Positions 35,688 through 45,754 of a stretch of DNA of 64,000 nucleotides are shown here, one piece after another. Every line of letters begins with the position of its first letter. Position 1 is the first letter of the stretch. The stretch is from an uncultured Gemmatimonadaceae bacterium. Its GTDB lineage: Bacteria > Gemmatimonadota > Gemmatimonadetes > Gemmatimonadales > Gemmatimonadaceae. Below the pieces are notes generated by a model. That model had not been told where the DNA came from and searched no databases. It saw nothing but the letters and a program-made list of their open reading frames with translations. The stretch covers positions 1,088,001 to 1,152,000 of the forward strand of contig CAVXGK010000001.1 of the NCBI GenBank assembly GCA_963761305.1, read 5' to 3'. Made by a program: the position numbers and the translations under genes.

Positions 35688-38558
35688 TTGCTGCGGCTGA
35701 GGACGTTCGGCGGCCTGTGGATCGAGAATTCGGAGGCACCCCTCGAACCGGGGAGCGGGCCGCGCCCGCGATCGCTCGCGCTGCTGGCCATCTGCGCGGC
35801 GGCGGGCGCCAAGGGAGTGAGCCGCGAGCGCGTGCTCGGCATTCTCTGGCCCGATTCGCACCCCGAGCGCGCGCGGCACGCACTCTCGCAGACGCTCTAC
35901 AATCTTCGGAAGGAAATCGGAAGCGACGTCGTCGTCTCGTCATCCGACCTCCGGCTGGACCCGCAACGGATATCGAGCGACGTCGACGAGTTTCGCGCGG
36001 CGATCGCGGCGAAGAGCTGGGCGGACGCGGCGGCTCTCTACACCGGTCCGTTTCTCGACGCTTTCTACATTGGCGATGCCGCCGAGTTCGAGCGCTGGGT
36101 CGATTCAGAACGAGAGTCGCTTGCCGCCGATGCCGGCCGCGCGATCGAGACTGCCGCGAAGGCGTTCACCGAGTCCGGCAAGCACGACGAAGCGGCCGAC
36201 GCGCTGCGCCGACTCACCCGACTCGATCCGACGAACTCGCGGTTTGCCGCCAAGTATATGGAAGCGCTGGCTCGGCGCGGTGATCGAGCGGCCGCGATCG
36301 CGCACGGACGCGCGCACGCGGAGCTGTTGCAACGAGAGTTCGAGGTCGACCCGGATGCCGAGCTCGAACAACTCATCGGGCGGCTTCGCGAAGCTGCTCC
36401 ACCGGCGATCACGCCGGCGCCGGCTCGCGTCAAGACGCGGACGTCGGGATCGATACCAATCGCGTCGCCGGAGCGCGTCGACGTTCGAGCCTCCGGCGCC
36501 GTTCCCCTCGCCGCATCGCGCCGGCGCGGCGCTCGACCCGGCGCGCTCGCCGCCGCGGCGCTGGTCGTCGCCGTCATCGCGGCGGCCGCGATCGTTCGGC
36601 ATCCTACGGCCGCGGACGACACGCGTCGGCCCATCCTGGCCGTCGGGCACATTCGAGATCTCGATGTGTCCGACTCGGCCGCGCGGAACGGCGTGTCGAG
36701 CGAAATGCTCGCGACGAGCCTCGCTCGCTTGAGCCAGGTGCAGGTCGTTGCGAGCTCGCGAATGCTCGAGCTCACGCCGCGCAACGCTGACACGTCGCGG
36801 GCGACGTGGACCGGCGCGGCCCGACGCGCTGGAGCGACCGAGGTGCTCGAAGGCGAGTTCGTTCCCCTTCCCAACCAGACTTTGCAGCTCGACGTGCGGC
36901 GCGTCGACGTCGCGAACGGATTGGTGCGCGCCGCGTATCGAGCGTCGGGTCGCGACCGCGTCGCGTTGCTCGACAGCGTGACGTCGCTCATCGCGGCGGA
37001 CCTTGGCGTCCGGGCGCCGGTCGGTTCGTTCACCCAGGTGTCCACGCGCTCGGCGGTCGCGTTTCGTCTCTACGAAGAAGGGCTGCGGTCCTTCTATCAA
37101 TTCGACCCGCTCGCCGCGGGAAGACTCTTTCGCGCGTCGCTCCGTGAGGATTCGACGTTCGCGTTGGCGGCCTATTACGCGTGGCGATCCGCGGCCGCCG
37201 TCGGCGATTCTGAGCAGAGCTCGTTCGCCGACCGCGCGATGAAGCTCGCGCCGGCTGCGTCGGCGAGAGATCGATTGCTGATCGTCACCCACGTTGGGTT
37301 GGACCGCGACGATCCGCGGGCGTTGGCGTCGGCCGAGACGTTGGCGGTGATGTATCCGCGCGATCCGGAGGCGCTCATTCGCGCCGGCGAGGTCGTGCCA
37401 GACTTGTCGCAGTCGGTACAGCTGCTCAACCGATCCATCGCACTCGACTCGGCGGCCGGCGTCGGCGAAACTGCGATCTGCCGGCTCTGCGACGCGTTAA
37501 GCCTTCTCACCAAGCGCTACGAGTGGGCGGACTCCGACGCCGCCGTGCAGCGCACGCTCGCGCGGTGGCATTCGCTGCGGCCAAGCGATGCCGCACCATG
37601 GGGATTTCAGGCGGACTGGGAGACGGGGTTTGGTCGTCGCTCCGAAGCTGATTCGGCGATGCGTCGCTTCGTCGCGCTCGGCGGCGCGCACGGCGATGCC
37701 GGGCTCGATGGACTCATCCGCGGCCTTCGGCTCGACGACTTCAAGGCGGTTGACGCCGCGTGCGACGAGGGACTCGCGACGGAGGATTCGGCGCAGTTCG
37801 CCCAGTACCGTTGGTACTGCACGATCGGTCTTCGCATGGAAGGACGCTATCGGGATGCACTCTCGCTGGTTCACGACGGCCGCCTGCCCGCGGGACTGGC
37901 GCGGCGACGCGTCGGCCCCGAGCCGTATCTCGGCGCGATCGTCGACTTCGAGATGGGCCGGCCCCGAACTGCGGCGGACCAGTTCCTCGCGCTGAGCGGG
38001 CGGGCGAGCGACACGACTGGAATCAGCGCACGGCAGAAGTATTCACGCACCGAGGCGTGGTTCCTCACGCTCGCGGCGACGGCGTGGGTCGCCGGCAACG
38101 ACACGTTGTCGGCGCGGCGCATGGTGGACACCATCGAGATGGTGGGAAGCCGAAGTCTCTTCGCGCGAAATCCGCTGCTGCATCACTTCGTGCGCGGTCT
38201 GCTGTACTCGTCGGCGCGTCAGGACGACGCCGCCGTTCGCGAATTTCGAGCGGCGATGAATTCGCCGACGTTCGGATACACGCGCATCAACTACGAGCTG
38301 GGAAAAACGCTGCTGGCCGAACACAGACCGCGCGACGGCATTCCCGTCGTGCAGGCCGCGCTGCACGGTGGCATCGAAGGGTCGGGGCTTTATCTCACAC
38401 GGACCGAGCTGCACGAGCTGCTCGCTCGGTTGTTCGACGCCGCCGGGCAACGCGACAGCGCGAGAGCGCACTATCGTATCGTCGCCAGGGCGTGGGGATC
38501 CGCCGATTCGTTTCTCTGGGCGAGACGCGACAGCGCGCAGGCGATGGTGACGCGGTGA
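35688..38558 (+). CDS. SARP/BTAD-domain transcriptional regulator with TPR region
   Basis: LRLRTFGGL, ILWPDSHPERARHALSQTLYNLRK, YTGPFLD, EFERW. Confidence 0.9.
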   Translation: MLRLRTFGGLWIENSEAPLEPGSGPRPRSLALLAICAAAGAKGVSRERVLGILWPDSHPERARHALSQTLYNLRKEIGSDVVVSSSDLRLDPQRISSDVDEFRAAIAAKSWADAAALYTGPFLDAFYIGDAAEFERWVDSERESLAADAGRAIETAAKAFTESGKHDEAADALRRLTRLDPTNSRFAAKYMEALARRGDRAAAIAHGRAHAELLQREFEVDPDAELEQLIGRLREAAPPAITPAPARVKTRTSGSIPIASPERVDVRASGAVPLAASRRRGARPGALAAAALVVAVIAAAAIVRHPTAADDTRRPILAVGHIRDLDVSDSAARNGVSSEMLATSLARLSQVQVVASSRMLELTPRNADTSRATWTGAARRAGATEVLEGEFVPLPNQTLQLDVRRVDVANGLVRAAYRASGRDRVALLDSVTSLIAADLGVRAPVGSFTQVSTRSAVAFRLYEEGLRSFYQFDPLAAGRLFRASLREDSTFALAAYYAWRSAAAVGDSEQSSFADRAMKLAPAASARDRLLIVTHVGLDRDDPRALASAETLAVMYPRDPEALIRAGEVVPDLSQSVQLLNRSIALDSAAGVGETAICRLCDALSLLTKRYEWADSDAAVQRTLARWHSLRPSDAAPWGFQADWETGFGRRSEADSAMRRFVALGGAHGDAGLDGLIRGLRLDDFKAVDAACDEGLATEDSAQFAQYRWYCTIGLRMEGRYRDALSLVHDGRLPAGLARRRVGPEPYLGAIVDFEMGRPRTAADQFLALSGRASDTTGISARQKYSRTEAWFLTLAATAWVAGNDTLSARRMVDTIEMVGSRSLFARNPLLHHFVRGLLYSSARQDDAAVREFRAAMNSPTFGYTRINYELGKTLLAEHRPRDGIPVVQAALHGGIEGSGLYLTRTELHELLARLFDAAGQRDSARAHYRIVARAWGSADSFLWARRDSAQAMVTR

Positions 38559-40468
38559 TTCGTCGAGCGAGCGTCATCGTCATCGCTGCCGCGTTGGCGT
38601 GCAACCGCGGTGGGACGCCGCGCAATGACGGCATCGAGCTGATTCTGTCCGACGTCGTCAACGCGACGGGCGACACGGTCTTCGATCGGTCGGTTCAGAC
38701 GGCGGCGTTGATTGCGCTGCGGCAATCGACATACGTGCACATCTATCCCCAATCGCGACTGCTCGCGATGTACGCGCTGATGCGCATCGGCAGACCCGAT
38801 ACGGCGCTGACGTTCGATCTGGCGCAGGAAGTGGCCGAGCGCGCCGGCGTGCGCTGGGTTCTCGGGTTGAATCTCTCGCGGCGCGACGATCTGTACGTCG
38901 TGGAAGCCCGCTTGACCGACGTCGGCACCAAGGGACGCGCGGTCGTGCGGATCGCCAACACGCCGGTCCCGCGCACGGCTGTCCTCGCGGTCGTAGATGA
39001 AACGTTGCGTGAGGTCCGACGCACGATCGGCGAATCTCGGCGCGAGCTCTCGGCGCGAAGCGGGCGGCTCCCGTTCGTCACGACGGAGTCGCTCGAGGCC
39101 CTGCATTCGTACGCAGACGGCTCCGCTGCGTGGGCGCAAGGCGACTATGAGCGCGCGCGCGAGCTCTGGGAGCGCGCCGTCGATCTCGACACGGGCTTCG
39201 CGATGGCCCTCGGCGCGCTCGGTTCCTGGCACTACTACACGCACAACCGCGATCTCGGCGAGCATTACTTTCAGGCTGCATTCGCGCACGAGAATCGGCT
39301 GACCGAGCGCGAGCTGCTCGATCTCCGAATCCGGAGAGCGGGACATCGCGGAAACCTCGATTCGGCGATCGCGCTCCAGCGGCGGATGGCGGATGAGTTT
39401 CCCGCCACCGACAGCTGGTACGACCTCGGCACGGATCTCATGCGCGCCGGACGCGAGAACGAAGCCATCGCGGCGTTCGAGCGAACGCTGGCCATCGACT
39501 CACTCTACACGCGCGCGTGGATCAACCTGGCCACCGCCAACAACATCGTTGGACGCCAGAACCAAGCGATCGAGAGTTATCGCCGAGCCGAGCGCGTCGA
39601 CGCGACGGCCCTGTACCACGGAAACATCAACCACGAGTTTGGCATCGCGCTGGTTTTGGCCGGGCGACTCGCCGACGCGGACTCGGCGTACCGGCGTATG
39701 GCGGCCGCGCCGACGATCGAAGATCGAGCGTTGGGATTCCGATCGTTGGGTTATCTCGCGCTGTGGCGCGGCAACCTCGTGGCGGCAGCGGACTACTTTC
39801 GGCTGGCAGGCGACGCGACGGTGCAAATGCATTCGGCGTTGAGCGAGGCGCGCAATCGTCTGCTGCTGGCCAATGTGTATCGCGCGGAAAACCGGACCGC
39901 CGAGGCGAACCACGAAGTCGATCGCGTGTTGGCGCTGGCCACTGCGCCCACGATCGAGCCGGCGTTTCTCGGTGTCCTCGCCTATCAGTGCGCGCAGCTC
40001 GATCGGCGCCGCGACGCGGATTCGGCGGCACATCTCGCCCGGCGAAAGGCGCGGGCCGACAATCCCGTCGACCAAGCGTCGGTCGCGTTCGCGGACGCGG
40101 CCACGTTCCTCGCGCGTCACCGTCCCGACAGCGCATTGGATGCGGCGCGCCGCTCGGCGAGGCTCCCGTGGCCGATTCTTCGTTCGATGGTGACGGCCGA
40201 GGCGTTCCGCGGAACGAATCAGCTCGATTCAGCTCGCGCCGCGTTGCGAGAGATGCTTTCGACGAGCGGATTTGGCAGCGAGGGCGAGACGGATTGGCTC
40301 CATGCCCCACTCGTCCTCGGCGACCTGCTCGTCGCCGCCGGCGACACGGCCGGCGCGATTCAGCGGTACCGTGGGCTGATCGACCAGTGGCGTGACGCGC
40401 CCGCCGAATCGCCGGATCTGGTGGCGGCGCGGGCGCGGCTCAAAGCGTTGGCGGCGGCCGGGCGCTAG
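38555..40468 (+). CDS. TPR-repeat lipoprotein, translationally coupled (GTGA)
   Basis: Lipobox ALAC; NATGDTVFD, VTTESLEAL, AVDLDTGFAMA. Confidence 0.8.
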   Translation: MIRRASVIVIAAALACNRGGTPRNDGIELILSDVVNATGDTVFDRSVQTAALIALRQSTYVHIYPQSRLLAMYALMRIGRPDTALTFDLAQEVAERAGVRWVLGLNLSRRDDLYVVEARLTDVGTKGRAVVRIANTPVPRTAVLAVVDETLREVRRTIGESRRELSARSGRLPFVTTESLEALHSYADGSAAWAQGDYERARELWERAVDLDTGFAMALGALGSWHYYTHNRDLGEHYFQAAFAHENRLTERELLDLRIRRAGHRGNLDSAIALQRRMADEFPATDSWYDLGTDLMRAGRENEAIAAFERTLAIDSLYTRAWINLATANNIVGRQNQAIESYRRAERVDATALYHGNINHEFGIALVLAGRLADADSAYRRMAAAPTIEDRALGFRSLGYLALWRGNLVAAADYFRLAGDATVQMHSALSEARNRLLLANVYRAENRTAEANHEVDRVLALATAPTIEPAFLGVLAYQCAQLDRRRDADSAAHLARRKARADNPVDQASVAFADAATFLARHRPDSALDAARRSARLPWPILRSMVTAEAFRGTNQLDSARAALREMLSTSGFGSEGETDWLHAPLVLGDLLVAAGDTAGAIQRYRGLIDQWRDAPAESPDLVAARARLKALAAAGR

Positions 40469-40483
40469 TCCGCCGCTTTGAGG

Positions 40484-40726
40484 TCAGGGCTTCACTTTGA
40501 GCTCGGACTTGTGAGCGGCGATGAATTCGCGAAGCTCGTCCGACATGTCGAGCAGCTTGAGCCACTGCTCCTGGTAGAGCGTGATGGGAAATCGCCCGAG
40601 GCCGTAGACGGACACGCCGCCCTTCTCACTCACTTTGAGGGAGACACCTTTGGCGGCCCCCTTCTTGAGCGACTCGTTTTCCCGACGCAGCCGCTCGAGT
40701 TCCGCCTTGAGATCTTCGTCCGCCAT
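40484..40726 (-). CDS. Small conserved-looking hypothetical protein
   Basis: Coiled-coil N-terminus plus LKVSEKGGVSVYGLGRFPITLYQEQW; strong codon bias. Confidence 0.75.
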   Translation of the reverse strand: MADEDLKAELERLRRENESLKKGAAKGVSLKVSEKGGVSVYGLGRFPITLYQEQWLKLLDMSDELREFIAAHKSELKVKP

Positions 40727-40810
40727 ATCGACCCGGATTGGGAATCGGGGAACGGAGACGTCACCGATTCGGTAGACCAGAAGTATATCATGGGCCGATG
40801 TCCCGACGAC

Positions 40811-42133
40811 CTACTCGACCCGAACCGGCCTCGAGCCCGGAGAGTCCAAAGCGGAGAGGGCGCGGCTGACGGCGGCGGCGACGACGAGGAGTTGTTCGGT
40901 TCTGTCGCGACGTCCCACGAGTTGCAGGCCAACGGGAAGGCCTGGCGTCGGAATCGGCAGCGAGATCGCCGGGTGCCCGGTGACGTTGAACAGTTGTGTG
41001 AGCCGCAACATCGCTGCACGCACCGGCAGTGTCTGACCATTGTCCATCGTCGCGTCGGTCGCGCCAAGCTTCGGGGCGACGATCGGGAGCGTGGGGAGCA
41101 CGAGCACATCGCACCGATCGAGCGCCGCGTCGACGGCGCGATGCAGCGTGTCACGCGTGTCGCGCGCGGCGAGGTAGTCGACAGCCGAGATCGTGCGGCC
41201 CTTTAGAAGACGCTCACGCACTGCCGGTTGATAGTCGTCGGCGCGCGAATCGAGCGTCGGCGCGTGCCAGTGTGCAGCTTCGGGCAACGAGATGTTGATG
41301 TACGTGTCGGTGATACGATCGGTCCCCTGCACCGTCCGCGATTCGGTCGCGATACCTGACGCCCGAAGTCGGTCGAGCGCCGATTCGAACGCGGCGCGCA
41401 CGTCGTGATCGAGCAGCGCCGTGAAATAGCCGCCGAGCACACCGAGCGTGATCTTGGGCGGCGCCGGTGCGTCGAGCCGCGGGAACGGGCGCGACGCGAG
41501 CACGGACCAGATGGCGGCCGCGTCTTCGACCGAGCGCGTGATCGGCCCGACGTGGTCGAACGTCGGGCACAACGGCACGACGCCGTCCGTCGGCACCTCG
41601 CCGAGCGACGGCTTGAGGCCGACGACACCGCACGCCGCCGCCGGAATCCGAATCGAGCCGCCGGTGTCGGTGCCGATCGACGCCTGCCCCATGCCGCTCG
41701 CGACAGCCGCCGCCGAGCCGCCGCTCGATCCGCCCGCCGATCGTGTCGGGTCGTGCGGGTTTCGTACGGGACCGAAGGCCGACTCTTCGCTGGTCGTCCC
41801 CAGCGCGAACTCGTGGAGGTTGGTCTTGCCGATGATGACGGCGCCGGCTTCGCGCAGGCGCTGCACGACGGTCGCGTCGCGCGCGGCCAGATGTGTTTTG
41901 CGAACGTTCGACGCGGCGGTGGTCAATTGGCCGGCAATGTCGATCAGGTCTTTGACCGAGATCGGCATCCCGTGCAACGGTCCGCGACTGACGCCGTGAC
42001 TACTCTCCGCGTCGGCGGCTCGCGCCGCCGCCCGCGCCGCTTGTGCGTCGGCGTAGATGAAGGCGTTGGTGAGGGACCGGTGCTCAGCGAGGGCGGCGAG
42101 GCTCGCCTCCAGACGTTCGGCAGCGGACGTCAT
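40811..42133 (-). CDS. Amidase (GatA-like amidase signature)
   Basis: LHGMPISVKD, GKTNLHEF, GGSSGGS, GTDTGGSIRIPA. Confidence 0.92.
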   Translation of the reverse strand: MTSAAERLEASLAALAEHRSLTNAFIYADAQAARAAARAADAESSHGVSRGPLHGMPISVKDLIDIAGQLTTAASNVRKTHLAARDATVVQRLREAGAVIIGKTNLHEFALGTTSEESAFGPVRNPHDPTRSAGGSSGGSAAAVASGMGQASIGTDTGGSIRIPAAACGVVGLKPSLGEVPTDGVVPLCPTFDHVGPITRSVEDAAAIWSVLASRPFPRLDAPAPPKITLGVLGGYFTALLDHDVRAAFESALDRLRASGIATESRTVQGTDRITDTYINISLPEAAHWHAPTLDSRADDYQPAVRERLLKGRTISAVDYLAARDTRDTLHRAVDAALDRCDVLVLPTLPIVAPKLGATDATMDNGQTLPVRAAMLRLTQLFNVTGHPAISLPIPTPGLPVGLQLVGRRDRTEQLLVVAAAVSRALSALDSPGSRPVRVE

Positions 42134-42232
42134 CGGATGGCCTTGGGCATGTCGGGAAGATCAGGAGCGTGTCAAGCGCGGACCGCGACCGCCAGGGAAG
42201 CCGCGCCTCCGCCCCGTCAGCCGGGCGCGGTC

Positions 42233-43027
42233 TCAGAGATCCCGGCGTCGATATGCCAGAAACGCGGCCAGCAGAAAGGCCACGACGTACGCCGACCCGG
42301 CAAACGTCAGGGTCGCCACGTCGATCGGCGCCCCGCCGGGGAATACGCGAGCGGCAGAGTAACTCTGCGGCTGCCATAGCGCCTTGAACACCGCCACCGG
42401 CAAGTAGCGCGACACCATCGCCGCAGTCGGGCCGATATGTGCAATGAGCTGCCCGACAATCTGCTCCACCAGGAAGTACAGAAAGAAGACGCCGATCGCG
42501 GGGCCCGAGCTCCGCATGGTGATGGCGAGGAAAAAGGCGAACGCGCCCCATCCGAAAAGTCCAATCAGCGCGCCGCCCATGTATTTCAGGTCCGCGCCTC
42601 GCACGAGCGCTTCGGCCGCGTCGTGGGTACCGCTCAGCGCGATTCCGCCGCCGATGAGCAGTAGTGCGGCGAAGAACGCGATGCCGATGACCGGAAGGAG
42701 GAGAAGTTTGGCGGCGAAGAACTCTTCCTTCGACAATCCGTCGATCACATTCTGGCGAGCCGTTCGCCAGGTGAACTCACTGGCGACGAGAAGCACGACG
42801 GCCATCGACGCGAAGAACGCCGACATCGTGCCCGGTCCGCCGAGGATCTCGCTCCACGCGCCCGGCAGCGCGAAAGGACGGGGGTGGTCGGGCCGCAGGA
42901 GGCCTTGGTAGTGCAGCGTACCAAAGCCGATCACCATGAGCGCCGAGAAGCTGCCGAACGCGACCCAAAACGCCACTCGGCGACGCGCCTTGATGAATTC
43001 GTTGCGCGCGAGGACGAGAGTTCTCAT
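42233..43027 (-). CDS. ABC-2 type transporter permease
   Basis: Six hydrophobic segments; SEFTWRTARQNVIDGLS; ends RRRDL. Confidence 0.85.
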   Translation of the reverse strand: MRTLVLARNEFIKARRRVAFWVAFGSFSALMVIGFGTLHYQGLLRPDHPRPFALPGAWSEILGGPGTMSAFFASMAVVLLVASEFTWRTARQNVIDGLSKEEFFAAKLLLLPVIGIAFFAALLLIGGGIALSGTHDAAEALVRGADLKYMGGALIGLFGWGAFAFFLAITMRSSGPAIGVFFLYFLVEQIVGQLIAHIGPTAAMVSRYLPVAVFKALWQPQSYSAARVFPGGAPIDVATLTFAGSAYVVAFLLAAFLAYRRRDL

Positions 43028-43947
43028 GCGACACCGGTCCGTTGGTTCGCCGGCGCGTCGCTGGTCAATCCGATGAATGCCTCTTCGAGCGAGAGTCCGC
43101 GCCGCGCAAGGTGGCTCACGTAGATCTGGTGGTCGGACAGATAGCGGTTGAACGCCGCGGCATCGTCGTCCGCCAGATGCACGACCAGCGCGTCGTCCGC
43201 CACCTCGGCGCTCGTCGTCTTTGGATAGGCGAGTGCGGCGACGCGAAGTCGTTCTCGATCGTCGGCGCGAACCTCCAGCGACGTCGCTCCGGCGAGCAAG
43301 TCGTGGACGCTCGATTGCCGAACGAGGCGGCCTTTGCTCAGGATCGCGACGTGCGTGCAACAGCGCTCGACCTCGTGCAGCAGATGGCTCGACACGAAGA
43401 CCGTCTTGCCGCTCGCCCCGAGCTCGACGATCAGGTCGCGAATCTCGCGGATGCCCTCGGGATCGAGACCGTTGGCCGGTTCGTCGAGGATCACGAGCTC
43501 GGGATCGCCGAGCAGCGTGGCGGCAATCGCGAGGCGCTGTTTCATGCCCAGCGAGTAGCCCTGGAACTTGTGCTTGCCGCGCGGGAGAAGGCCGACGAGA
43601 TCGAGCGTGCTGTCGATGCGAATACGATCGACGCCCTTCAGGTTCGCGACGATGCGGAGGTTGTCACGCCCACTCAAATGCGGATAGAAGTTCGGCGTCT
43701 CGAGCGTGGCGCCGATGCGCTGGCGGGCCTGATGAAGACCGATTCGACCGCTGAGTCCGAGGAGCCGCACGTCTCCCGCGGTCGGCGTGATGATGCCGAG
43801 CAGCATGCCGATGGTCGTCGTCTTGCCGCTGCCGTTGGGGCCAAGGAAGCCGAAGACTTGGCCTCGCTCGACGGAGAACGACATGGCGTCTACGGCGAGC
43901 ACGTCGCGATAGCGCTTGGTGAGGGCGGACGTCTCGATGACGGGCAT
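43024..43947 (-). CDS. ABC transporter ATP-binding protein
   Basis: GPNGSGKTT, YSLGMKQR, ILDEP, SSH. Confidence 0.95.
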   Translation of the reverse strand: MPVIETSALTKRYRDVLAVDAMSFSVERGQVFGFLGPNGSGKTTTIGMLLGIITPTAGDVRLLGLSGRIGLHQARQRIGATLETPNFYPHLSGRDNLRIVANLKGVDRIRIDSTLDLVGLLPRGKHKFQGYSLGMKQRLAIAATLLGDPELVILDEPANGLDPEGIREIRDLIVELGASGKTVFVSSHLLHEVERCCTHVAILSKGRLVRQSSVHDLLAGATSLEVRADDRERLRVAALAYPKTTSAEVADDALVVHLADDDAAAFNRYLSDHQIYVSHLARRGLSLEEAFIGLTSDAPANQRTGVA

Positions 43948-44140
43948 GTCAGGATGAACGGTGGAGCGGACGCGGGAGTTTCACGTCGGCGACACCGAGC
44001 GCAACGGAGGGTGAAAGGATATCGCGCACCACCCGGCGGCGATTGGTCGAAAGGGCAACGGCGTGTGTAGTCCTTGGACTCTACGATTGCTTGGGCCAAC
44101 GCGGACCAAGATCCCATCGTCCAGGACAAGGAGTACACAG

Positions 44141-45727
44141 ATGGCAGCGAAGCAGCCGAATATACTGATTCTCTGGGGTGACGACATCGGCATCTGGAAC
44201 ATCAGCCACTTCAGCCGTGGCATGATGGGCTATCGCACGCCGAACATCGATCGCATTGCCGAAGAAGGCGTGACTTTCACCGACTACTACGGGCAGCAGA
44301 GCTGTACGGCCGGCCGCGCCTGTTTCATCACCGGACAGAACCCGATTCGTACCGGCCTCACCAAGGTCGGAATGCCCGGCGCGACGGTCGGTCTCCAAGC
44401 CGAAGACGCGACGATCGCCGAGATGCTCAAGCCGCTCGGCTACGCCGCCGGCCAGTTCGGCAAGAACCATCTCGGCGATCGCGACGAATTCCTGCCGACG
44501 GTGCACGGGTTCGACGAGTTCTTCGGCAATCTGTATCACTTGAATGCTGAGGAAGAGCCGGAGCTGCCCGACTATCCGAAGGATCCTGCGTTCAAGAAGG
44601 AGTTCGGCCCTCGCGGCGTTCTCCACTGCTGGGCTGACGGTAAGGGCGGACAGAAGATCGAGGATACGGGTCCGCTGACCAAGAAGCGCATGGAAACGAT
44701 CGACGAGGAGATCACGGCGGGCGCCATCGGCTGGATGGAGAAACAGGTCGCGGCCGACAAGCCGTTCTTCCTCTGGTACAACTCGACGGCCATGCACTTC
44801 CGCACGCACCTCGCCGAGAAAAACCTCGGCAAGAGCGGACAGGATCCATACAGCGACCGCATGGTCGTCCACGATGAGCAGATCGGGGAGATCCTGGCCA
44901 AGCTCGACGAGCTGGGCATTGCCGACAACACCGTCGTCATGTACTCCACCGACAACGGTCCCGAGAACGACACGTGGCCGGATGGAGCCAACACGCCGTT
45001 CCGCGGTCAGAAGGACAGCAACTGGGAAGGCGCGTGGCGTGTGCCCTGCTTCATTCGCTGGCCGAGCAAGATCAAGGCGGGGTCGGTGCTGAACGGCATC
45101 GTCTCTCACATCGACATGTTCCCGACGCTCTTGGCCATCGCCGGCGATGCGGACGTCACCACGAAGCTCCTCAACGGCACCACCGTCGGTGAGAAGACGT
45201 TCAAGGTGCATCTCGACGGCTACAACATGGTGCCGTACCTCACCGGCGAGGTGAAGGAGAGCCCGCGGCAGGCGATCTTCTATTTCAGCGACGATGGCGA
45301 CGTCATGGCGCTGCGCGTGGGGGACTACAAGTTCCACCTCGCCGAGCAGCGCGCGAACACGATGCGGCAATGGCAGGAGCCGTTCGTGAAGCTGCGCTTG
45401 CCGACCATCATGAATCTGCGGCGCGATCCGTTCGAGCGAGCCGACTTCAACTCGAACACGTACTACGACTGGATGGTCGATCACGTGCCGCAGATGTATC
45501 TCATGCAGAAGGTCGTGGCGGATCAGCTCAAGGAGTTCGAGGAGTTCCCGCCGCGACAGAAGCCCGCGTCGTTCAACCTCGACGCGGTGTTGGCCCAGGT
45601 CAGCGCGGTGCCGCGTCCGTCCCAGCCCGACGCACACGGCGCCGGGGACGGTGGTAGCCCGAAGCTCCCACCATCGACCAATCGCCCGGCGAGAGATCGC
45701 ACGCGGAACAAGACGGGCCAGCCGTGA
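44141..45727 (+). CDS. Arylsulfatase (formylglycine-dependent)
   Basis: PNILILWGDDIG, SCTAGR (CxxxR), GKNHLG, STDNG. Confidence 0.93.
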   Translation: MAAKQPNILILWGDDIGIWNISHFSRGMMGYRTPNIDRIAEEGVTFTDYYGQQSCTAGRACFITGQNPIRTGLTKVGMPGATVGLQAEDATIAEMLKPLGYAAGQFGKNHLGDRDEFLPTVHGFDEFFGNLYHLNAEEEPELPDYPKDPAFKKEFGPRGVLHCWADGKGGQKIEDTGPLTKKRMETIDEEITAGAIGWMEKQVAADKPFFLWYNSTAMHFRTHLAEKNLGKSGQDPYSDRMVVHDEQIGEILAKLDELGIADNTVVMYSTDNGPENDTWPDGANTPFRGQKDSNWEGAWRVPCFIRWPSKIKAGSVLNGIVSHIDMFPTLLAIAGDADVTTKLLNGTTVGEKTFKVHLDGYNMVPYLTGEVKESPRQAIFYFSDDGDVMALRVGDYKFHLAEQRANTMRQWQEPFVKLRLPTIMNLRRDPFERADFNSNTYYDWMVDHVPQMYLMQKVVADQLKEFEEFPPRQKPASFNLDAVLAQVSAVPRPSQPDAHGAGDGGSPKLPPSTNRPARDRTRNKTGQP

Positions 45728-45754
45728 CAACGTAGTCGAGCGCGAATCATCACG

